A stretch of DNA of 64,000 nt from Nitrospirota bacterium (GCA_963733375.1 CAVTDB010000026.1:128001-192000); one strand, 5' to 3'; shown: positions 19,455-30,915, counted from the first letter of the stretch. The notes: generated by a model from the sequence alone, not told the origin. Numbers and translations: made by a program.

Positions 19455-20244
19455 CTAATATGCGAACCATTTATCGAGGCTGTACAGGCCGGACACAACG
19501 CTTTCGCGGCTCTTTGCGGAGAGGTAGTTTCTGCTGACGGACCCTTTTTTTGCACTGACATCAGATTTTATCGCCCGGCTGAAATAAAGGAATGACTTTA
19601 TCCTCCGGACGCCCAGCAGGCTCCAGAGGTGAGGGAGGAGGGTCATTTCTCCGTACCAGGGTATCTCCGCCTTCTTGTCGCCGGAATAATATTTGATGCT
19701 GACGGGGATGACAGCAATGCCGGAGCGCGCGGGCGCCTCAAACAACATCCTCTTGAAATCCCCCGTCCCGCTGCCGTCGGTCGTGGTGCCTTCAGGGAAC
19801 GTAACCACGTTTACCCCGTGCGACAGCGCCGTCTCCACGTCCGACAGCGATTTCCACGATGCGAGCGCCGAGCGCCGGTCTATGAATACCGTCCCGGCGA
19901 GCCGCGCCATCCAGCCTATCAGCGGCCAGGACCGCACCTCCATCTTCGATACGAAAACCGACGGGGAGAGGCTCGCCATCACTAAAATGTCGATATAGCT
20001 GACGTGATTGCAGACGGTAAAACCGGTATTTTGCACCCTGTGCCCGGTGGAGCCTACGTCTATTCCCAGTATCAGCGCAGACGGCCCTGGCCCAGACCAT
20101 GCATCCGAATGCTGAAAATTTTGCCTTAAGCCTTGCATCAAAAATGAGGATAAGACGCCCCGCCTGGACGGGCGGCAGCATCAAGGCTGTCCAAAGGACC
20201 AGGAGCAATAGTCTTATTAGCCTGAGCGGAAAACGGCTGTCCAT
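19455..20244 (-). CDS. Lyso-lipid O-acyltransferase (OlsA/PlsC-like); frameshift near 20080
   Basis: NHVSYID (HX4D), FIDR, FPEGT motifs; coupled to the upstream olsB-like gene. Confidence 0.8.
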
Positions 20245-21011
20245 CAGAAGTACCTGTTCCTGTAGCGGTTAATAAGGCGCTCGCGGTCGAGCAGGATTAA
20301 GAAGTCCGAAACGCCGAACGCGCCGTCGAATGCCGGCTCTCCGCAGATGCGCGCGCCAAGTTTGAGATAGGCGAGCAGCAGGGGCGGGACATGTTCAAGC
20401 ACCGTGCCCCTGTCAAAGTCGGCATGCGCGTCGAAACCCGGGACGTTTGCCAGAGGAAAGGTCCGGAATTCGGAGTCGGCCAGGTAAGACTTTTTGAAAT
20501 ATGCATATGCGTTGCTTATGACCTTCGGGTTTATGGTGTGGATGCTCCCGCATCCGAAGACGTACTTTATATCGTGCTCCAGTATATACTTCGCCACCCC
20601 GGACCACATGAGGTTAAGTACGGCCGAGCCCCGGTAATCCTTGTGCACGCATGCCCGGCCCAGTTCCAGTTTTTCTCCCTGATGCCTGAAAATATTCCGC
20701 AGGTCGAACTCGTTCTCCGAATAAAAACCGACCCCCGCGTCGGCCCTCTTTCCGGTCATCATCCGGTACGTGCCGACGACCATGTCACGGGATGAGTCCA
20801 CGACCATTATATGGTCGCAGTGCCTGTCGTAAACATCCCTGTCCAGGCCGGTCGCAAACGACGAGGCGAGCCCTTCGTTCAGTTCGAGGTTGAAGACTTC
20901 GAACCGGAGCCTCAGGACCGACTCCATCTCTTCCTCAGTGACCGCCTTCTTCAGTACCAGCGCGGACTGCGCTTTCTCCATTACCGTATTAAAACTCATC
21001 GATACCTCCAT
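20244..21011 (-). CDS. GNAT N-acyltransferase, ornithine-lipid OlsB-like
   Basis: LRFEVFNLE, DRDVYDRHCDH, VVGTYR, FYSENEF, ELGRACVHKDYR, PPLLLAYLKLGA. Confidence 0.8.
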   Translation of the reverse strand: MEVSMSFNTVMEKAQSALVLKKAVTEEEMESVLRLRFEVFNLELNEGLASSFATGLDRDVYDRHCDHIMVVDSSRDMVVGTYRMMTGKRADAGVGFYSENEFDLRNIFRHQGEKLELGRACVHKDYRGSAVLNLMWSGVAKYILEHDIKYVFGCGSIHTINPKVISNAYAYFKKSYLADSEFRTFPLANVPGFDAHADFDRGTVLEHVPPLLLAYLKLGARICGEPAFDGAFGVSDFLILLDRERLINRYRNRYF

Positions 21012-21058
21012 ATAGAATAATCACCGAGAGTAATATGCGGGAATCATAATGCCGGAAC

Positions 21059-21160
21059 GTTACAGGTTTATTAAGGAGGCGTTAAGATTTCTAAGGGGCG
21101 TGAAACTTAACAGAGCTTTAACAATTCATTAATCAACCGGTCACTAAATGAGAGTATAAC
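21059..21160. promoter_or_regulatory. Divergent promoter with two arrays of 11-bp-spaced PhoB-like half-sites
   Basis: Minus-facing GTTACA/ATTAAG/GTTAAG at 21059/21070/21081; plus-facing CTTAAC/TTTAAC/ATTAAT/GGTCAC at 21106/21117/21128/21139, then TATAAC at 21155. Confidence 0.6.
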
Positions 21161-21166
21161 GGACGC

Positions 21167-21661
21167 ATGGAGACAATAAGCGTAGCCTCTTTAGGACTGG
21201 GAGTCGCCTTTAGCCTCGGCTTGTCCTATTTCTTTTTCTATGTCGCCTATCCGTTCATCATCTGGAAACTCGGGTTGATAGAAGGCGGCATAACGATGAC
21301 CTGTTTCTCACCCATATTCAGCTATATGGGCATAACGTTCTACGACAGGTCGGGCAGGGATTGGTTCGGCATCGAGGCAATAAAGGAAAAACTGAGCGGG
21401 CTGAAGGGGAAGAGCAGGATAGGCAGGCTCATAGCGGCACAGGTAAAGAGGGGCGGCCCTTTGACGCTGGTCATAATGTCGATAAAATTCGACCCGTTCG
21501 TCACCACGGTCTACCTGAGGCATGGCCACAGGAAGTTCAAGGGCCTGGCCTTCCGGGACTGGATAATATTCTTTTCGAGCGCGGCCATAGGAAACGGATA
21601 TTGGATTTTCATCATGTTCGGAGGCGGGACGCTGCTTAAATACCTGGGGCATTATTTTTAG
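21167..21661 (+). CDS. Hypothetical membrane protein
   Basis: 164-aa ORF with 3-4 hydrophobic segments; DPFVTTVYLR. Confidence 0.6.
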   Translation: METISVASLGLGVAFSLGLSYFFFYVAYPFIIWKLGLIEGGITMTCFSPIFSYMGITFYDRSGRDWFGIEAIKEKLSGLKGKSRIGRLIAAQVKRGGPLTLVIMSIKFDPFVTTVYLRHGHRKFKGLAFRDWIIFFSSAAIGNGYWIFIMFGGGTLLKYLGHYF

Positions 21662-21723
21662 CCCGATATGCCGCCCATTAACGAGGCGAGGGGGCGGCGA
21701 CGCCCAAGGTGTTGACTGACCGC

Positions 21724-21754
21724 AAAAAAAAGGGGTTGCGATGTGCAACCCCTT
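21724..21754 (-). terminator. Rho-independent terminator
   Basis: A-run plus AAGGGGTTGC...GCAACCCCTT. Confidence 0.65.
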
Positions 21755-21769
21755 GCGTTTTGTTCAAGC

Positions 21770-22462
21770 TTAATCCTTCATAGAACGCCTTTCAATCATG
21801 GCACATATCCGTCCGCCTTTAGACGGCACGGAGCCTGAGATAAGTATGTCCGCAGGGCTCACGGCTTTTCCGTAATATTTGGCGTTATATTCCCCTTTCG
21901 CCGCCACAATCCCGCCTTCAACAGTCAGGCCCGCAAAGGCGCCCTTGGCCCTTACGAAAGCGATGAAAGCTGCGGCCGGCAAAGGAGATGCCTCACCCGC
22001 CGCGCCGGCGCCGACCGGTCCGGCGGCGATCGAAGCGTCCGCACCGAGCTTGAACTGGGGCGAAAGCATCGCATTGACTGCCTCGTCAGTCATGGCGAGG
22101 ATTACAACCTCCGCCTTCTCGGCGCCTATCTGAAGACCGTAGGTGACGGAACCCATGCCGTAAAATGCCGGGCCCCTGCACTCGCCGGTCTTAGGGTCTG
22201 TAGAGAAATAGACGCCGCTGCCGCCCGAGCCGCCGAGGATCAATCCCGCCTTTACCAGGCTCGGAACTATCAATACCCCTTTCGCCTTGGGCAACTCTTT
22301 TCTAAACCAGGTCATTTCAGGGGCTTTTTGAAAATCCCTGAGGGTTATCTGCGCCTGGTCAACCAATATCTGCTGCTCGTTCGGCTCCGATGCATACGCC
22401 GGAAACGAAAAGCCGACGGCCAGCATTGCTACACCTAAAGAGGCTAGTGATAATCCTTTCAT
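21770..22462 (-). CDS. Lipid-binding SYLF/Ysc84 domain protein, secreted
   Basis: AKGVLIVPSLVKAG..GGSGGSG, GLQIGAE, AAGPVG, AKGAFAG; signal peptide. Confidence 0.85.
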   Translation of the reverse strand: MKGLSLASLGVAMLAVGFSFPAYASEPNEQQILVDQAQITLRDFQKAPEMTWFRKELPKAKGVLIVPSLVKAGLILGGSGGSGVYFSTDPKTGECRGPAFYGMGSVTYGLQIGAEKAEVVILAMTDEAVNAMLSPQFKLGADASIAAGPVGAGAAGEASPLPAAAFIAFVRAKGAFAGLTVEGGIVAAKGEYNAKYYGKAVSPADILISGSVPSKGGRICAMIERRSMKD

Positions 22463-22603
22463 GGTCGCCTCCGTCATAGAATCCTTATTGCTAATCACTC
22501 CTAATAGTATAGCACTTTTTTAAAGTGCTTGCTTAGTGTGGTCGGCGGTGAAATTTGTAAAGTAGCTCACTCGCCCCTGTGTTTTTGTTCGCCCGCGCCC
22601 CCT

Positions 22604-23427
22604 TCACCTGGTGCGCGTCCCTGCTCCTTTTTCTGCCCGCGCGGCTGTTGAGCTTTCTCCTGAGGCTGTCTCTGTGCCGCTGAACTTTCTCCTGAGGTTG
22701 TCTCTGCTGCTGCTGGACCTGAGTGTCTCTGCTGCGGCTGCTCTCTGCTGCTGTTGTGGCTCTCTCCTGAGGTTGTCTCTGTTGCTGCTGAACTTTCTCC
22801 TGAGGTTGTCTCTGCGGCTGCTGAATTTCTCCTGAGGTTGTCTCTGTTGCTGCTGAGCTTTCCCCTGAGGTTGTTTCTGCTGCCGCTGAACCTCAGGCCT
22901 CTGTTGATATTGCTGTTGCCTTTGTTGTCTTAGTTCCTGTCTCTGTTGTTGTGGTCGAGGTTGATAGCTCTGGACGCCCCAGGTTCCTTGCCTTTCCCAA
23001 TGTCGATCATTTTGCCAGCTCTTCCAGTTCTGTTGAAGTCGTTGGTAAGGAATCCGTTCATAGTTCCACCGGTGCCCGTACCAATTATGGTCTCTGTAGT
23101 ATCCTCTCCAACCCGGGTCTACATCAAAATAAAAACTTGGAACATTGTTATAATAACCCCAGCCCCGGTTATAATAATGTGAGCGATACCAACGACCTTC
23201 CCATAGACGCCACCACCAACCATTCCAGAAAAACAGGTCTACATCAATATCAGGAGCAACGTAAACATCATTCGTATCAGGCATCACTATCACATCTGGT
23301 GGTGCGGCAAATACGATGGGCGGCGGCAGAGGAATACTGATACGTTATATTTACATCCTGCCATCGTTGGAATAGGAACTACAATTATCAACGCCAAAAG
23401 CAATGTTCCAAAAAATAACTTTTTCAT
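22604..23427 (-). CDS. Secreted Trp/Tyr-rich protein with Gln-rich C-terminal repeats; frameshifted
   Basis: MKKLFFGTLLLALII start at 23427; PPPIVFAAPP..VYVAPD..FFWNGWWW. Confidence 0.6.
22640..22900 (-). repeat. ~33-bp tandem repeats (QQQQRQPQEKV-like)
   Basis: Repeated TTTCTCCTGAGGTTGTCTCTG(C/T)TGCTG, about 7 degenerate copies. Confidence 0.75.
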
Positions 23428-23480
23428 TTTGTTGCCTCCTTTAAAGTTGCCTCCTTTAAACTTCACGGTCTTTTCGCCCT

Positions 23481-23702
23481 TCAGCCTTTCCTGCCTCCCG
23501 CAACTAACAGCGCGACGCCGCCCGCGAGCGCAATAGCGCCCACGATCGGAGTCAGCGGGATCGTTTTAGTCGTATCAGCCGTCAGATGGATCGGCCCGAT
23601 ATCTACGACTTTCTCTCTGCTCGTGTAGGTAATGCCTTGATACGCCAAGGACGCGATCCCTACAACAATGAGGAGGATGCCTATCATCGTATATGCTTTC
23701 AT
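23481..23702 (-). CDS. Small membrane protein (DUF3185-like)
   Basis: IGILLIVVGIASLAYQGITYTSREKVVDIGP...PIVGAIALAGG; AGGAG RBS. Confidence 0.7.
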   Translation of the reverse strand: MKAYTMIGILLIVVGIASLAYQGITYTSREKVVDIGPIHLTADTTKTIPLTPIVGAIALAGGVALLVAGGRKG

Positions 23703-23810
23703 TTCACTCCTTTTTTGAGCGGTCCACAAATGTGGAGCCAGAAACAAACAAGGCCGCGTAAAACGGCCTTGCCTGTAGGCAAACAGTGGACCCCGCCATC
23801 TCGTTACCCT

Positions 23811-23975
23811 TTAATGCCTGTCCTGGTCGTAGTCGCCCCGGTCGCCGCGGTCGTGCATCTCACCATGCTCATGGTCCCGGCCCCTTTCGTCCTCGTGTCG
23901 ATCATGCCAAAAACATCCGGAAAACATAACCGTCGCTAACAGAACGGCAATCAACCCCAGCAATGTACGTTTCAT
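23811..23975 (-). CDS. Small lipoprotein with His/Asp/Arg-rich tail
   Basis: MKRTLLGLIAVLLATVMFSGC lipobox. Confidence 0.55.
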   Translation of the reverse strand: MKRTLLGLIAVLLATVMFSGCFWHDRHEDERGRDHEHGEMHDRGDRGDYDQDRH

Positions 23976-24188
23976 CTCGCCCTTCCTCCAGTAATAATTA
24001 ACGCCTAACGAAATTAATAACCTATTATAAAATATACTAAAAACTCCATCTTCCGTCAAATTTCCGGACTACGGCCACTGTCTGAAGAGCTCACGTGCAC
24101 GGATGTTCAAAAATCTCCGGCAACAAAAAAAGCCCGCAAATCACCGCTGCGTGCTTCCGTGGTTTTGGCTGAGATTAGCAGAGAATTT

Positions 24189-25764
24189 TCAGAGGGTTTT
24201 TGGATTAACCGGAAGGAATAACCTGAACGTGCTGCCCTTGCCGGGCTCGCTCTCCACCTCGACACGGCCGCCGTGCGCTTCAGCGGCGGCCTTTACAATA
24301 GCGAGCCCGAGGCCGCTGCCTTTAACCCTTGCGGTTTTTTTAGAGCGGTAATATTTTTCAAATACGGCTTTCTGCTCGCTGGGGGTTATTCCCTTCCCCG
24401 TATCCGTCACGGAAATTATTATAAAATCCTTGCCGTCAAAAACCCCGCTTTAAGAGTGATTGTCCCGGGGCCGGTGGTGTAATTAACCGCATTGTGAAGC
24501 AGGTTCAAGACTGCCCGCTCGATTAACTTGGAATCCACCGTTGCTTCCGGCAGGCCGTCGGATATTTCTATTTTTAAATCGAGCTTCTTTTTTTGTGCGG
24601 CATTTTCAATTTCCGAGCAGGCATCCCGCAGGAGGGCGGCTATATCGGTTGGAGCGGGATTTAGAACAACTTTCGCGGATTCCATTTTCGAGATAGCCAG
24701 AAAGTTTTCAATCAGGTGGTTAATCCGCTCGCCGCTTCTCATTATCGCGGCAACCATCTCGTTTGTGTCGGCGTCATATTTATCGGCCTTGGCCATCATA
24801 AGCTCGGAATAACCCAGTATGCTGGTAAGAGGGCTTTTCACGTCATGCGTAACCATTGCGTAAAAATCGGCCTTCTGCTTTTCCATCTCTTTTCTATCCG
24901 AAATGTCGCTGATGACCATGGCGGTCCGCACTCTGCCGCCCTCCCGACAGCGTAAACGATGAAGCTTCCCCCTCAAACAATGGGCCGTCGCTTCGGTTCA
25001 GCGTCAGTTTTCACCCTGGAAGCATTCGGGCTTGCATGACAGGACTCCCTTTTCATGCGGCTGTACTATATCGCTCCTTCAAAGCGTGCCGCATATTTCT
25101 TTCTCGGGCCTGAACAGCTTCCAGGCGGCGTCTTGATGGCGATCAACTTTCCTGCTGAAATAAGATCATTTCGTCCAGATTGCTCTCGAAAACCCGCGGA
25201 AACGCTCCGCGCTCTGCAGCAGTATCCCTCTGTGCGCTTCGCGCAGATTTTCAAAGAAATTACGGTACTTACTAAGTTCCTCATCGAAACGCTTGCGCTC
25301 GGCGATTTCGGCTTGCAGCCGCGCGTTCAACTTTTCCGAGCGTTTCCATAAGTTCATGCTGCCGCACCGCGGAAAGCATCAGCTCCTGGTTCATCGCGGC
25401 GGCCTGCTCGCGGAACCGCGCGTCCCCGGTCTTATCCGTCACCAGGACCACGACGCCTGCCTGGCGTCCCCCCCCGCCCGGGACCGCCCACATCGCATAA
25501 GACCAGCGTGCCTCGCATTCTTCAGGCTTGCCCGTGCTGTACACCCGGTCGAGGACGGGTAGGCATGCCTCCGCCTCGGGCACGGCCTGGGCGAAGTGGA
25601 TCCCGGCCATCTCTTCGCACTTCTTCCCGATCAGGCGGCAGAAGGCGGGGTTGACATACCTCACGATATGCCCGTCCCCTTCCACGGCGGCCATGGGCAG
25701 GGGCGAGTACTTAAAGAGCTAGTTCGGGCATCGAGTCCTCCGCACGGGCATTTTTTGCGCCCAT
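24189..25764 (-). CDS. PAS-domain sensor histidine kinase; several frameshifts
   Basis: Fragments 25281-25694 (PAS, YVNPAFC), 24419-24976 (THDVKSP, NLLHNAVNYT) and 24189-24410 (DTGKG, GSGLGL). Confidence 0.75.
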
Positions 25765-25773
25765 GATATTTGC

Positions 25774-27288
25774 CTATTTCTTGCCGGCAGGCTTATCCGG
25801 GGCCTGTCTTTTGGGGCTACCGTCAAGCGGCTCCGGGATCCCGGTGGTCAAGGCCCGGTAGCCTTTGAGGCGGGGGCCTATGATGACCAGCCCCTCGGCC
25901 GGTGATCTCATATTCGCGGATGTCGTTGCTGTGATTGCCGCCCCGCATCTTGACGACGATCATGATCTTGCGAAGCTGGCCCTCGATCTCCACGTAACGA
26001 AGCCGGATGATATCGTCGGTGAGAAACGAGATGGAGTAGGAACTGAAGGCAACTCGGTAAAGGACTCCGTCGTCTCGACCGTGCTCAAGATGGTAACGCC
26101 GGCCCCGGTCAAAGCGCCGATCATGCGGTAGAGCGATTCGCGGAAGTCGTCGCGGAAGCCGGGGGCCAGCGCCATCTCGAAACCCGCCAGCGAATCGATC
26201 ACCAGGCGCTTGGCGCCGGTCTTCTGACCGCGTCGAGGATCTCCTGCATGGTCTCGTCCACCGAGAGGTCGAGGGGACGGAGGTAGAGGATATCGAGCTT
26301 GCCGTCTTTCTGCGGCGTTTCCAAGTCCAGGCCGAAGCTATCGGCCCGCGCCGTATACTCCTGCGGGCGTTCTTCGAAGACGGCCACGATGCCCGGCTCC
26401 CCCTGCCGCAAACCTTCGGCGATGAACTGGGTCGCCAGGACCGATTTCCCCGTTCCCGAGGGGCCTGCCATCAGGAGGCTGTCGCCTTCGGGGATTCCGC
26501 CGCCCAGCATCTCGTCCAAGTCCGGCGATGCCGATGGAAAGGCGCTTCCGGGCGGCCTTTTTCTCTTTTCTTCCGGTCAGGCCGAGGGTGCGCGGGAAGG
26601 CCTGCATCCCGGCATCGGTAATGCGGAAGGTGTGCAGGCCCGGGCACGGACGCCTGCCCGCGGAGTTTCATGATCTGCAGCTTGCGCACGATGGAATTCC
26701 GCTCCACGCTCTGGTAGAGCCAGAAGAGGCCATCGGCGACGGTGAACACGGGGTTGTCGCGCATTTCCGCCTCGGCGTACTCCCCGACCAGGAAAGTCGT
26801 GGCCTGCCAACTGGTCAGGTGCAGGGCCAGCCGCTGGACGAAGCCCTGCAGTTCCATTTCGCTTGCGCCTGCCCGCGCCTTGCGCACCACGGTGCGAAAG
26901 GAGTCCACGACGACGATGCCGGGGCTGGCCGCCTCGACCTCTCTGGAGATCTCGTCCAGGACCGCGCTCAAGTCCTTCTCCAGCACGACCTGGCTCAGGT
27001 TGATAAAACGGATGGCGCTGTTCAGCTTGGCATGGTCGAAGAACGTATACTGCTGCTGGTAGCGCAGCATCTTGAGGGCGGGTTCGCCCAGGACGGTGAA
27101 ATAGAGCGCGGGGCGCTCCGGGGTGGCATTGGCGAAGACGAATTGGTGCGCGAGCGTGGTCTTTCCGCATCCCGGGGCGCCCGCGATGATGTTGAAAGAG
27201 TATTCCGGGAGGCCGCCGCCCAGGATCTCGTCAGGCCCGGGACCCCGGTCGGCAGCTTGCGGATATTCACCTTGCCTTGTTCGTTCAT
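25774..27288 (-). CDS. Double-domain KaiC-like/RAD55 ATPase; frameshifted
   Basis: LPTGVPG.DEILGGG, Walker A GAPGCGKT and GPSGTGKS, VVDSF and VIDSL Walker B. Confidence 0.85.
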
Positions 27289-27746
27289 GGCTTCTCCGTT
27301 TCAGAACCGGTACCATCGAATGGCGCATCCGGCCACACGTCGCGCACCAGTTGCATCGTCAAACCTATACCTATAAAGGTGGCGAGCAGCCCGAGCAACT
27401 CCGTCACGAGCGCGACTTCGCCCTCCGCGGCTTTGTCCGTGTGCCGCTCCGGATTGACGGGGCCCGGCACCTCTAAAGACCCGTCTTCCTTGACCTGCAC
27501 GGAGGCAAGCGAGGGGACTGCCACCTTTGCCAGCGCCAGGGCGCGGGAAACGAGGGCTTTGTACCCGGCGACTCCCGCAAGCGTGGCCAGGGGCTTGCGC
27601 AACTTCTCACAGACGCAAACGCACACCGCCGCTTTAGCTGTTGCCTCGGAGGGATTGACCTCGCATCGCTCGTGAGCGAGCAGCCAGCGGGCCAGATTTT
27701 GCATCTCGGAAAAATCGTTCATTTTAATAATATATGGTATAAGCAT
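27285..27746 (-). CDS. Hypothetical helical protein coupled to the KaiC-like gene
   Basis: EKLRKPLATLAGVAGYKALVSRAL...LLGLLATFIG..LT..LVRDVWP; ATGA overlap with the kaiC-like start. Confidence 0.65.
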   Translation of the reverse strand: MLIPYIIKMNDFSEMQNLARWLLAHERCEVNPSEATAKAAVCVCVCEKLRKPLATLAGVAGYKALVSRALALAKVAVPSLASVQVKEDGSLEVPGPVNPERHTDKAAEGEVALVTELLGLLATFIGIGLTMQLVRDVWPDAPFDGTGSETEKP

Positions 27747-27939
27747 AAAACATTCAAGGCGATTTCAAATTTTATAAGTATCATAATCATTTTCCGTCCC
27801 TTCTCGGTCTCTTCGTCAACAACGGGCAAGACGTACTCTTTAGATTTTTAATTCTGCTATAATAGTAAAAAATACTCTTTCTCTTCCAAAACGAGCCGTT
27901 CGTTCGGCCTTTTATATCCCGAAAAGCCCCGAATAAAAC

Positions 27940-28517
27940 ATGAATACGAAACGATGTGCCTGGGTCAGCATGGACGATCCGCTGATGGTCCAGTATCACG
28001 ATCACGAATGGGGTGTGCCAGTCCACGACGACCGCAAACACTTTGAGTTCCTGGTGCTCGAAGGGGCGCAGGCCGGACTCAGTTGGTCGATCGTGCTCAA
28101 AAAACGGGAAGGTTATCGCCGTGCCTTCAGCCAGTTCGATCCTGAAAAAGTGGCGCGATATACCGAAAGCGAATTCAGAAGCTCACATTGGACCCGGCGA
28201 TCATTCGAAACCGGATGAAAATCGAAGCCGCGGTACGCAACGCGCGGGCGTTTCTCGCAATTCAGGAAGAGTTCGGAAGTTTTGACGCCTATTGCTGGCG
28301 GTTCGTCGATGGACGGCCCAAGCTGAACCGGTGGAAGGCATACGGGAGATTCCGGCGACCTCGCCCGAATCCGACGCGTTCAGCAAGGACCTCAAGCGGC
28401 GCGGATTTCGGCTTCGTCGGTCCTACCATCATTTATGCGCACATGCAGGCGGTCGGCATGGTGAACGATCACCTCGTCGAGTGTTTCCGATATCGAGAGA
28501 TTCGGCAACTTAACTGA
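27940..28517 (+). CDS. tag: DNA-3-methyladenine glycosylase I; frameshifted
   Basis: RCAW, YHDHEWG, LEGAQAGLSW, IIRNRMKI, FVGPTIIYAHMQAVGMVNDH..CF. Confidence 0.9.
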
Positions 28518-28522
28518 CGGAT

Positions 28523-29437
28523 ATGATTTCAAAATCGCGCTATTTATCACGAAACTTTGTAATCGCCCTCGTCATTCTTTCAGCCACCCTGACTGGCTGC
28601 CTCGGGATGATCGAGGGAGTAAGAAGCCGCAAGATACTGGCGGAGGAGAAATCCCTGCCAAGGGACAGCGCCGGCATCCTCATTGGGGCCGAACCATTCT
28701 CTTTTCCGCTGGAAGGGAGTGAGCGGGCGGTACTCTTAATACACGGCTTCGGAGGCACGCCGTTTGACCTTAAGCCCCTCGGCGAGTATCTGTCTGAAAA
28801 TGGTATAGCGGCATACGGAGTGCTCCTTCCCGGGTTCGGGACATCCGAACTCGACCTCGAAAAGACTAATTGGCGGCAGTGGGCGGCAGCGCCGGAGAAG
28901 GTCCTCGACACCCTTACGGCACGGTATAAAAAGGTTTACATAGCCGGGTTTTCGATGGGCGGCTCCATAGCGCTGCACCTTGCCGCCAAGCACAAGGTGG
29001 CTGGAGTCATACTTCTTGCGCCTTGCATTTACATTAACGGACAGAGCAGACTGATAACCCCGGAGTATTCAATAAAGCATCTCGCGCAGTTCATGATGAC
29101 GGACTATATTATTAACGACAAGATGAGGGCGTTCGATTTCAGCGCCATGAAGGACCGGCCGTATTACCACCTCTTCCCGATCAAAAGCCTTAAGGAGCTT
29201 GTTGGACTCGAAGAGACGGCTCGTGGAGAGGTTGGAGCGGTCGAGGAGCCTGTGATAATAATTCAGTCCGTAAACGACCACACAGTGGATAAGTCCGGAC
29301 CGGCATACCTGATCTCTCACCTGCCCCGCAAAGACGCCGAGGTTTTCTGGGTAGAGCGCTCGATGCACCTCCTTGCCCTTGACGCCGAACGGGACCGGGT
29401 ATTTAAGAAAACCCGTGAATTCATACTCAGTCATTAG
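28523..29437 (+). CDS. Alpha/beta hydrolase (carboxylesterase), lipoprotein
   Basis: LLIHGFGG, GFSMGG nucleophile elbow, D..V, H; LTGC lipobox. Confidence 0.85.
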   Translation: MISKSRYLSRNFVIALVILSATLTGCLGMIEGVRSRKILAEEKSLPRDSAGILIGAEPFSFPLEGSERAVLLIHGFGGTPFDLKPLGEYLSENGIAAYGVLLPGFGTSELDLEKTNWRQWAAAPEKVLDTLTARYKKVYIAGFSMGGSIALHLAAKHKVAGVILLAPCIYINGQSRLITPEYSIKHLAQFMMTDYIINDKMRAFDFSAMKDRPYYHLFPIKSLKELVGLEETARGEVGAVEEPVIIIQSVNDHTVDKSGPAYLISHLPRKDAEVFWVERSMHLLALDAERDRVFKKTREFILSH

Positions 29438-29459
29438 TCTGTAGTTCAACCCTGTGCAG

Positions 29460-30915
29460 CTACAGCCCTATCTCTCCCTCCACCTTGCCCATATCGAATA
29501 CCGGCAGCTTCGGCGCGTCCTTGCCGAGGAGTTCGTTTACGACGGACTGCGGCGCGCTTCGGTAGCGGACCTCGACTTGATAACTGAGCGGGCCTGCCGC
29601 ATCCTCTGGGATGACGAAGCTGTACTCCGCTATGTCATAGCCCTTGGGCCGGATGCGCCTGTCGAGCAGTATCTCGCTCGCCTCCGGCAGGAAAGACGTC
29701 GCCTCCGGCTTCTGGCTCGGCTTGCCGAGGACGGTATGGTATATTACCGCGCCCGGTTTGATAGTCCCTTTCTCATCTAAGTCCCGGAGCGGGATATCAC
29801 CCTTTTCTTGCTGTCCATGACTGTGACGTCCACCCACATCTCGCGCACGAAAGTGAGGCCAGTAGGGAGGTAGTGCCCCGCGCCGGAGTTCGTCACCTTT
29901 ACCGGCATACGGTAGAGGGTCCCCTTCTGCGCCTTCGGCTCGCCGATGAATTCGACCGTGCAGGAGTGGCTGAGACGCTGCTCGGCCATTTTGTCCTGAG
30001 GGTGATAACCCAAGAGAGCAGTGACGGCAAGGTTCCCGCCGACGAAGTAATGCTGCCAGATATGCGGTCGCTGTTTTCCGCCCATGGCTTCCGGCGCGGC
30101 ATAACCCGGCAGGTTCGGCCTTACGGTGCTGCCCGTCGAGGGGTACTCCGGCGTCTGACGCATATGGCAGTCTTGGCAGGTTACGGTCGTGGCGGGGTCG
30201 CCCGTGTTATACGGCCCGGTGCGCCACTCCGAGTACGTGTTTTCAATGGCCATTATATTATGCGCATGGTTACGTCGTGGCACATCCCGCATAGCTCCGA
30301 GCGGGTGTGCAGCTCGGAGTATTCAGTGCTGTGGAAGGAGGACACCGCGTCCTTGAACGGCCCGTACTTGGTCCCGGGATTCGCGTTGGCCGCGTCCCCG
30401 GGGCTTAGTATGAAAGCGCCGTTGCCTATGCCCGCGGACTTGGAGACACTGTGGCAGAAGTCGCACTGCACCCCGGCGGCCTCGATGTCGGGCAATTTTT
30501 TGTCGGCCTTGTACCTGTTAAGGTCATCCGCCAAATAGCCCACCGGCGTGTGGCAGCGCGAGCACATGGCAACCTCGGACTTCTCCTGGCCGCTTGAAGC
30601 CTTGCTCACGTATTCGAAATAGACGGCGCGAAATACCGGGTCGGTCCACGCATTAGCCATCATCGAGCCCTTCCACTGGCCGAATATGTCGGCATGACAG
30701 CCGGAGCATACCTCTGGCGAGTAGAACTGCCCGGCTTTGTGCGAGCCCGGCATGTCAGGCACTGTCCAATCCATGTTTGAAGGAGCCGTCGCCTTCGGCA
30801 GTACCCAGATGGGCGTCGCTTTAGGGTGCTCCTTCGCCCAGTCGGCATAGTCCTCGGCAAATGCGGGCATGGCCTGAAGCAAAAGCAATAATATGATGGC
30901 TGCAGCTTTATTCAC
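29460..30915 (-). CDS. Periplasmic multiheme cytochrome c (5 CxxCH; c554-like); frameshifted
   Basis: CSGCH, CSRCH, CDFCH, CGMCH, CQDCH; TYSEW, GAGHYLPTG; signal peptide. Confidence 0.8.

Noticed and set aside
22640-22900. 33-bp repeats as a CRISPR array
   Set aside because: Head-to-tail coding repeats with no unique spacers and no cas genes in the window
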